A stretch of 64,000 nt of DNA from Octopus sinensis (Eukaryota). The notes beneath the pieces were generated by a model that was given only the letters and a program-made list of their open reading frames with translations, was not told the DNA's origin and searched no databases. Below, one piece after another: positions 53,508 to 64,000 of this stretch. Every line of letters starts with the position of its first letter. Within the stretch, counting starts at the first letter, position 1. A program made the translations under genes and the position numbers. The stretch is taken from NCBI RefSeq assembly GCF_006345805.1, contig NC_043000.1, forward strand, positions 44,888,001 through 44,952,000, in the 5' to 3' direction.

Positions 53508-53916
53508 TGTGTGTGTGTGCGCGTGCGTGTGTGTGTGTATTATAATAATACAAATTTATATATGAATACTTTACAGAGAAGAACATTGGGTGAAAGTGAA
53601 TTATAAATACTTTCAAAATACCGCTTTAATAATTAATTTTCAATCATTTGCTGTTACGACATTTTTTTCATCATTCTTCTTCAAAACACATTAGGCATGC
53701 TAATGAATATTAACTGTTGATCTGACAGACAGTTGAAATCATCTCAATAATTCAGAAAATGGTCTCATAGCGTGCACCTTCATTTGAAATTATTTTCCTT
53801 TGTCCGAATATACATGTGTGTGTGCGTGTGTACCTATACATCTATATATAAGTGCGTATATATATGTATATGCATATGTGTATATGTGAGTATTATATAT
53901 ATATATATATGTGTAT

Positions 53917-53952
<36 letters not shown>

Positions 53953-55109
53953 ATATATATATATATATACGTATTATATATTGTATATATATTATATATT
54001 ATATATATATGTATTATATATATATGTATATATATATATATATATATGTGTGTGTGGGGGGTGTATTTTACTTATATATATGTGTGTGTGTGCATGTTTA
54101 TGAAAGAGAGAAAGAATTATTGAAATAATAAAATTAATATTAATACTAACAATGATAATAATAGTTTAAAATGCGTTTATTTCTTTTTAAGTAGAAATGT
54201 CATTTCTTATTTTTCATGTATTTTAGTCATACGATTATTACTTCCAAACAATGATTCTGTTTGATAAAACGAATCGTTAAATCATGACAAATTGATTTCC
54301 ATTTCAGTTTGAGAGTTTCGCTATGCAGATCATTTATTTCATATCATATGACAATTTGTTTCACTGATTGATCGATCGACTAATTGATTCTTATTTTATA
54401 TATCAACTCAACTATCATACAGGAAAGGATGCACAGATTCGCACACACACACACACACGTGTTTATAAATATAGTTGGGTGTGTGTCCGTTGTGCATGCA
54501 TGTCTGAACACAGACAATTCAATTTATATTTAAATATGAACATGTAAATACAAAGGAAATTTTATACCTATATAAGTAATCGTGTCTGTATGTGTCCATG
54601 TATATGTATGTGTTTATGTACTCACACAAACACACGCAATATATATACATATATAGATAGATAGATAGATAGATTGATAAACAAGTCGATAGATATGTAT
54701 ATATGTATAAAAATATATATACTTACATACATGAATATATATATGAATATATATATATATATATATATACATATGTATATATGTATATATATGAATATAT
54801 ATATACATATGTATATATATATATATGTATATATATATATAAATACATACAAATATATGTAGATGTATGTATATAAAATATGTATATATATATATATATA
54901 TATATGCATTTCAATATATGCATACATTCATATCTGTATATATATTTTTTTGAGAGGTAAAGTGTAATTGAGCGGGAGATTTTATTAGAACGGTATACAT
55001 GCGGTACATACCTGTGTGTGTATATAAATATATATGCAATATTTTATTCTTTTGTTCCTTTACTTGTTTCAGTCATTTGACTGCGGCTAAGCTGGAGCAC
55101 CATATATAT

Positions 55110-55790
55110 TATTTACCGTTTCCTAATAGTTGCTGTCACCAATTGGGGATATTATTGCGTTTTGTAATCTTCTGAATCCTTAATAACTATAGAACTAGCT
55201 TAATCGGCTATTTTGTTAATTATATTGAAATCATTCTTAAAATCATTGATAATTTCTCATTCTCTTGAGCTGGTATGTGATGAGAATGTTTGAAGTACTA
55301 ATTTTTAAGGAACCTTGCTTACGAAATTCATAGTTGTCTAACGCTTGTTTTCTATGTCTGGTCGGACTATGCTTCTTTTATGCTAAGAGTAACTGATTTG
55401 TGATTAATACTTTTGTGAAGCAATTCTTCTGTTATGCAAAATTTTCAATAAAATTTCAAGACATCTTCCTTTTCATTGATGTTGAAATAGAATTCGTGAA
55501 GTTGACGAAAGCATTAGCATTTTAGAGAACATTTGAATTTTATGGATGAAAAACTTTGTATGATATACTTTTTCGTCGAACTCTTTGTCAGCTTGTTCCA
55601 TCGAATGTCTTGAATTCTGTCCAATGTACTTAAAATTGATCCCCAGTCTTTTACTTTAAGGCATGAAGATTCGCTCAATAATTATGTGTTTTGTGTGTTT
55701 TTCTGTGCTTGTTATACTTTCATCTTTGTATTTGATCCTGTCGGAAGTTGTCAAATAATTTGATTTCTTATGTATTGTGTTAATTGGAAT
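55110..55790 (-). mobile_element. PLE N-terminal/RT-start relic
   Basis: FKNDFNIINKIAD*ASSIVIKDSEDY matches the PLE I.I..ADK...IVI.D..DY motif; truncated by a family A SINE tail at ~55045-55105. Confidence 0.55.
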
Positions 55791-58388
55791 CCTCAGTTTA
55801 AGACATGCACAAACACACATACCCACAAGCAGACACATACACACACACACACACACACACTTCGTCATCATCATGTTCATCAGTATTTCTTTAAAAATTC
55901 TATTACTTTTCCATGTCATGATGGACCGTATATGTATGTGTGCGTGCACGAGCGCGTATGTGAATAATTATGAGTTTGTGCCTCATAGATTTGCAGTTGT
56001 TATACATAAGCATAACTATCAAACAAGCGATGTCACTCACATCTCAACTTTCGTCAAGAGGTTTCCAGTCTTAGGGTAATATCATTTTGCTTGAAAATAA
56101 GTGATGATTGCCGTAAAACTGTTCCTATCTATTCTGTCGCAATCACGCAAACGTGGAATTACGAACTGCAAATTCTGCTACCTTAGGATGCGTGCGTGAA
56201 CGTATGTTTGTATATGCATGTCTATATATATGCATGTAATTATATGTATATGTATGTATATGTATATATGTGTGTATATATATGTGTGTATATATATATA
56301 TACATATATGAATATATATATATATATCCATATATTTATGGATATATTTATATATCCATATGTATACATATGTGTATATGTATATGCATATATGTATATA
56401 TAAATATAAATATAATTATATATATACATACATACACATATATCTAAATATAATTATATGTTAACGAATGATACATTGGTATATTTTAAAGACTGATATG
56501 TATGGATCTATGACAGAATATATGAATAATAAAATTGTCGAACCTATTTGAAATTCTCCTTAACATTTTTGTATAGCTTTGCATACCGGGTCATTTCTCT
56601 GACCACTTCTGACTATTGCCTACACAATTAGCCAAGAAATGTTACTATATATATATATATATATATATACGGCTCTTCTTTCTGAAAAATGAAGACATAT
56701 GTTTACATTGACTGAGTAATTGTATACCAGAAGCTAGTACCACGTATCTCATCTCACATTTTCGCACTTGCAAGATGTCAGAATGTTCTAGAATCAAGCT
56801 GTTGTTAAGATTTCCTTTGCTAAACAAATCAGTCGTAATAACAATCTACACATAAATACAAAGCCAGTCAATTACTTTGTTGAATTTTCATTCCTTTGAT
56901 CTCTCAGAAACAACAGATACACTAATCAATGTTGAATGAAACAACTACAATATATTTGTGTCTTTTCTCCAGATACAAATATATCATGGTTCTCACTAAG
57001 ATATTTAGTTCTTAATAGTGAAGTCCGCTTGGTCCCTGTTAAGTTATTACAAGTGTAGCGTTTGTTTCTCACTGTAAATAGAAATGGTGGTGGTGGTCGT
57101 CGTCGTTGTCATGGTTATGGTAGTGTCATGGTTATGGTAGTGTAGTGATTATGGTGGTCGTGATAACTTTGGTGCTGTTTATAATTGTAACTTCTCTGAC
57201 TTAACCAAGGAAACTATATGTCGATTGGTTTTTCAAATTGTTTATACTATCAGTTGACAGCAACTTTTGACAGGGACTTGAATTCAGAATACACAAAACT
57301 ACAACAGATACTGCAACCTCCCCTGTATGGTGCTCTCATAATTCCGCTAATCGACTGCCTTGGACTTGTATACTTTTATTGAACAGCAAAGCATGAAATG
57401 CAAAATTCACTTCGGTGGGATTTGAACTTAGAACTCAAAGATTCGGATTAAAGTCATGAAGCATTCTATTCAATACACTTATGAATCGGCCAATTTTCAC
57501 CTAATAACCAGAAGTAGCACGCAGAATTGGCAAAGGTTGTTTTCCCCCCTTTGTAAATTTTCCTTTGCATATATGACTGATGCAACTAAAGACATCCCTA
57601 ACACTTACAAAGCTATATTGAGAAGAGAACTAGTAGCCTAGCTCACATGAGAGGACCGCACTAAATTTACCTAATGTCAAGTTAATTATTTTAAACAGGA
57701 TGGCTTGTCCAACTTTCCATCCAGTCCTGATTTCAGTTTCTCCTGTTGAAAAATTTACGTAAGATAGTTCAATAAGAAAACTGGGATACGAAATGGCTGT
57801 GAAAAAAATGTAAAAGCGATAGATTTTTGAGCCTCTCACAAAGCTGTGCAACAAGAAATTGTTTTCAGATCAAGAAACGAAAAATTATTTTTTAACCTTT
57901 TGTGAAATATATCAGTAAATCTAGTAAAGGGATGATTATACATATAGATAAACGAAATGAAAAGTAAGTTACTTTATCTTCATACTTCCTTCCCCTTATT
58001 TTATAAGTACAGAAGGGGAAGGAATAATTTAAAATGCTGGAAATAATTCTGTCAATAAATAAAGCTTTCAATGATACTTTCTAATTCTGCTTATTTTCAT
58101 TTCTGTAGATTTCTCTTCCTTGACATAGACTAGAATTATTTTAACTTAATGCTATGAAAAAAATTTGAAAACCTAAACCATTGCAAATAAACAAATATAT
58201 TTATAGTTGTTTTCGTTGTCACTGTTGTCATTTATCCCACATGTTAGTTATTACTGAACAGACATGTGATTAAGTCATTCAGTTTTTATATCAGGTATAG
58301 TGTATCCTAGATTACAATATCCAATGAATCAATTTTTATAATGGTAGAACATTTTATTGGTATTTCTTATAAATCAAACTACATTACA

Positions 58389-58860
58389 TACGTGGTCTGA
58401 TCAAAAATTATCGGGACTGGTTCTATAACAAGAAAGATACAACACGTATCAATTCGGCATTTAATCGCCTTCGAATTCATCCCCTTCTGAAGCCGCATAC
58501 TTTATCCAGCGTCGTTTCCATTGATGAAAGCAGTTTTGGAACTCCTTTTGTGGAATAGCGAACAGAGCCCTCGTCGCATTCTCTTGGATTTCCTTAACAA
58601 CTTGAAATCTTCCTTTCAAGTGAGATTCCTTTCGAAACTTGGTTTCGGAATCATAAACATAGACCCATAATTCGTTACCTGTTATGACAGTTTTCAAAAT
58701 GTTTACCTCTTCCTCGACGACGAATTCTTGCGCAGGTAAAACCCGATCTTCATTTTGAGACAACCGCTCTCTACACACTTTAATTCCAAACTCAGTTATA
58801 AGCAACAGATGTTAACGAGAGCATTATGATTTAGTATGCATGCGCGGCATTGTTCGAGGT
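58389..58860 (-). mobile_element. Mariner relic with internal deletion and 3' TIR
   Basis: VITGNELWVYVYDSETK is fused to HLKGRF...WKRRWIKYAASEGDEFEGD*. TIR ta-cgtggtctgatcaaaaattatcggga. Confidence 0.85.
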
Positions 58861-59714
58861 CAATTTGGGTCAAGTGGTTTCACTGTATGTAGTTTAACTC
58901 CATTACCAAAGACCGATCCCGATATGTTTTCATCAGAACACGGGCGTTACTCCGTTGTTTCAACATTTTGGTTGCTCTTTAACCAGGGATCACTACTAAG
59001 CAAACTTTTAAGCTGATAATTAACATCATAATGTTATACGTATTTTAGTAAGCAAGTAAAGAGACGTATGTACATTGAACATTTTAGTTGAGAAATGCAA
59101 ACATGTATAATATCAATATATTTTGTTACAATGATGGCCTTTGTATATTGGATTCTGGTGCTGAAATCCATGACAATTTCAAAGCAAAATCAAAGTAAAA
59201 ACATCTAGCAATATTCTTGCAAATTAACAGACCTAGAATGAAAAACCAGAGAAGAAAAGCACAGGTGTAATTTTAAATAAATATATATTTGTTTGCTATG
59301 CGTTTTGTTAAATCTGTCTTTGAATCTTCACTGGCCTGCTGGCATATATTATAGATGGAAATAATTGCAAGCAATTGGAACATGTAGATAATACCTTCCA
59401 GTTGGTGAAGAATTCGTTCATTCTAAAAACATCCTCAGTATATCTTGAAAACCAATTTTGGAGTTATTGGTTTGTAAAGCCTTAGGTGATTGTATGATGT
59501 AAAAGAAGGATAGGTTTCGGAATATATGCTTGTTATGTTACAGTCTTGAAGGATGTATATTAGCAAATAAAAACAAGCAAAAACGGGATGATAAGAATTA
59601 TATGTACATTTCTTGTCAAGAGTAAATTAAAGTTTAGAAACCAATTTTAGTATTTCTTTTATAAACTTTCTTTGTCTAAAATGAGTTAACCAGGTTTACT
59701 TCAGTGTATTTATA

Positions 59715-60677
<963 letters not shown>

Positions 60678-60732
60678 TACACACACATATATGTGTCTGT
60701 GTGTTATTATATATGCAAGTATGCATGTATCT

Positions 60733-61350
60733 ATAGGGCGTGGACAAAATAGTGGAAACACTACTTTTTAATTAATTACTTTCTCTATTGGTAATGAAGT
60801 AAATTGGGTACAGTTCTAGTCTACACAGACATCTCAAAAGTAAGTAGGCACCATCATTTTTCAAAAGATTATTTCACTTTTCTTCTTTGAATATTTCCTA
60901 ATCAAAGGAGAGGTTTCCTTCAAGTTGCACAGCCAAAGTAGCCAAGTTACATGTCCTCTTTAGAAAACATTTATTTTCTTATGAGAAAAATTCAAATAAT
61001 TAAAAAAAAGAAACATGCATAATAGCTCTCCCACCGTTTCAATAGTTACTTAATTAACTAACGTATTAGACTCCGAATATTCCACATTCATGAGTTCATT
61101 TGATATTATTTTCAGTTTGAATAAATGTATCACAATGTAGCAAGTTTGGAATTTTGATTTACACTTGAAATCCACAGGCAGTGTCCATCAGCGAATTTCA
61201 CTTACAACCTTTCGGTCGGCATCAGGTCATTGTAAAATGTGCTTGCTCGAACAATCACATAACTCCATCCAACCAAAGACCTCAGGATTTCGAAGATAGC
61301 TTTGTCATTATTTGACTATGCTCCGTCCATTTGTAGATAAATACATACAA
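60733..61350 (-). mobile_element. Probable Tc1-like relic (3' part with TIR)
   Basis: TIR-like tatagggcgtggacaaaatagtggaaacac; faint Tc1 C-terminal peptides. Confidence 0.4.
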
Positions 61351-61353
61351 ACA

Positions 61354-61570
61354 TACTAGGGGCTGCTGAAAAGTTCCTTACTTTGGGTAAATTAAAATAT
61401 AGGAGGATTAGTTAATTATGATTTTATTCAACATATTCCCTTCTCAGACTCACGCACTTATTGCAGCGGTTATCTAGTTTCTCTAAGCCCTGTAAAAGAA
61501 CTCGGAAGGTTGGGCCTCCAACAAGGCTTTTTGCGATATCCTTAAAACCAATAAATTTTCAACACTCCCT
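61354..61570 (-). mobile_element. Mariner 3' fragment with TIR
   Basis: ta-ctaggggctgctgaaaagttcc. The minus strand encodes LQGLEK..RCNKCV..RREYVE*-like residues. Confidence 0.65.
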
Positions 61571-62539
61571 TGTGTGTATGTTTATGCAAAGTTTGGGAAA
61601 TGAACGGGAAACTACATCCATATATATATATTGATACTACAGTTTCCTGAGTCATCCCAAATTGGACTTATTCAAACAAATGGATAAAAGCTATATGTTA
61701 TCAATAAACCAGTGTGTTGACTGAAGAGACAGACAATATGCGAATGAGACAGAGTGAAAGAGTGAAGAAAAACCTTTAGAATCAGTATGTGGAAAGTAAA
61801 AATAACAAATTCATTGCCTGTCTAGAAAGAGGTTTGACAGAAAGCGTTTAGTGTGGATCGTGAGGAAAAAACCTGACTTCCTAATTTGTGTTAAATCGAT
61901 GAGAAATATTTAGGCTTCTTGTTAAGGGACAATTCTGTTTCGCTGTTGATGTCAACTGAGCTTTAATAGAATTATAAGGCCTGAAGTTTAATTCAATAGT
62001 TTTTAAATATTTAGGTATATATGTTTCACAAAGCTGTTGGAAACGAACCTAAGTAACAGGAATTAACAAGTGAGTGAGGTAATGGTGCAAGGGGAAAATG
62101 TTTGCAAAATAAAATGTCAACAGTATCTGGTGACGATAAAAATATACGATAAATTTATTGTTCGTATATAAAATTTTGTGTTCACGCGTATGTTAATTAA
62201 AATTACTGATAGTAAATTAGATAGAAATAGATTAAGCTGTATTAAGGGTAAATGATAAGAGGAACTACCAAATATTCTTGCATGGCATTAAAAAAGCAAA
62301 CCTATGCACTCAGAATACCACGATAAATTTTCAATTTTGAAATAAAGAGATAATTAAAGCGAAAAAGTAACTCGATTTTTAAAAATGACAGGAGTTATCA
62401 CTGAAAAACTAGAGAATAAGATTCGAAGGGAATTTTAAATGATTTCAGGCAAGGACAAACAAAAATATATTTCATTATAAAGTAAGCTAAAAATGCTAAA
62501 TTAAAAGTATTAACGCATGATTCAGCCAGCTAATCCCCT

Positions 62540-62567
62540 TAAATAATAATAATAATAAATAAATAAA

Positions 62568-62612
<45 letters not shown>

Positions 62613-62735
62613 TAATAAATAATAATAATAATAATAAATAATAATAATAATAAAAATAATAAATAATAATAATAAATAAATAATAATAATAAATAATAAT
62701 AATACTAAATAATAATAAATAATAATAATAATAAT

Positions 62736-62767
<32 letters not shown>

Positions 62768-62857
62768 TGAATAATAGATAATAAATAATGATGATAATAA
62801 ATAATGATGATAATAATGATGATGATAATAATGATGATGATAATAATGATGATGATA

Positions 62858-62888
<31 letters not shown>

Positions 62889-62900
62889 GGAGGAGGAGGA
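62540..62900. repeat. Impure (AAT)n/(GAT)n array
   Basis: Direct reading. Similar arrays at 46565-46720, 50070-50130 and 34635-34724. Confidence 0.95.
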
Positions 62901-63213
62901 GGGGGATGACGATAGGTAGCTGAGTATTTTGTCTGTCATGTTGGAAATCTCGACGACTGAATATCCAGAAGTGATCGAGAATATATGAAGTTTCATGCAT
63001 ACACGTGCATTATTGTCTACAAATGTATATGCCATTAACTGGAGCGTCCGAGTACATATTTACAAATTTAGCATATTCCTGGAAACTGGTACGTACATAT
63101 GAATTGCCCGGAGAGTGTTTAATATGCAAAATGGTCTGTCCAAAAGTATTAAACAGCTACACTTAGTGGCTATTTAAGTACTGTGTTCCTGTATGGTTAA
63201 CGGGCTGGATGTG

Positions 63214-63254
63214 GTACTGAAGAAGCGGCAATAACTCCTGAAATATGCATATAC
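63214..63254 (+). ncRNA. Compact hammerhead motif
   Basis: gta-CTGAAGA-agcggcaataactcct-GAAA-TATGCA-TA-tac. Palindromic TATGCATA stem III; weak stem II. Confidence 0.5.
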
Positions 63255-63514
63255 ACACCCATTACCTATATCCATATACACCCATATTCTATCTTTGATT
63301 GCATTATTTACATTGACGTATTCGTTTGCAAAGCATCGCAACTTTTACTGTTGGCTCTAAATTCTATAGAATATTTATAGAGATAACTTAAAAGTAATGG
63401 AATCACACTGCTAACACAAAAGTTAGGACTTATAAACCTTTATTACACTTGCTAGTATATTATGGTTGCTAAACAAAATACTGTGTCCCCACCAGCAATT
63501 AATACTTATATATC

Positions 63515-63905
63515 TTTTATCGTTTATTTGTTTCAGCCATTTGACAGTGGCCGTGCCGAAGCACAACATGAAGAGTTTAGTTAGAAAAAAAGCAACCCCA
63601 ATTTTTATTTTTTAAAGCCTGACACTTATTATCTTTTTGACGAACTGCTACGTTATAAGGATATAAACAAACATATACCGGTTGTCAAGCAGTCTGGAGG
63701 CAAACACAAACACAAGTCACACTCCCTTCCACAGCCCCCACACAGACACAAACTCACTCATACGTACACGACGGGTTCCTTTCAGTTTCCGTCCGTCAAA
63801 TGCACTGACAAGGTTTTGGTCGGCCCAGGACCATAGTGGAAGACACTTTTTCAAGGTGACGCGTACTGGGACTGAAACCAGAACCAGATAATTGAAAAGT
63901 AAACT
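63515..63905 (-). mobile_element. tRNA-SINE family A, diverged
   Basis: ttgtttcagccatttgacagtggcc...cggttgtcaagc...ttcagtttccgtc...ggtcggccc...gggactgaaacc. Confidence 0.8.
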
Positions 63906-64000
63906 TCTTGGCATACTTTACGATACATTTTACATTTCCTTCTACGTTTGCTTTGCATATCGTGTCCAGTGATGCTACTAAGTATAGCAAAATTACACCA

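Overview
AT-rich, microsatellite-dense eukaryotic DNA made almost entirely of transposon relics. The SINE and repeat families suggest an octopus/cephalopod genome; this is inferred from recalled motifs, not from a search. No intact host gene is identifiable. Contents: a near-complete Penelope-like retroelement (PLE; RT + C-terminal GIY-YIG, 2477-4943) and several other PLE relics; about a dozen type I hammerhead ribozyme (HHR) motifs, about half with fully canonical cores, from several distinct PLE-terminus families, most with a palindromic stem III; a 5'-truncated CR1/L2-group LINE (50.4-53.5 kb) with two older copies; R4/Dong-type LINE 3' fragments in (AAT)n arrays; mariner/Tc1 relics; three tRNA-SINE families; and local duplications. 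The most interesting structure is at 20.7-22.6 kb: a tRNA-headed, hammerhead-tailed SINE-like unit present as a zero-spacer head-to-head palindrome. It appears to have inserted as one event into an older SINE and was later hit by a Dong-type LINE and a 218-bp templated insertion. It is a candidate PLE-mobilised SINE.
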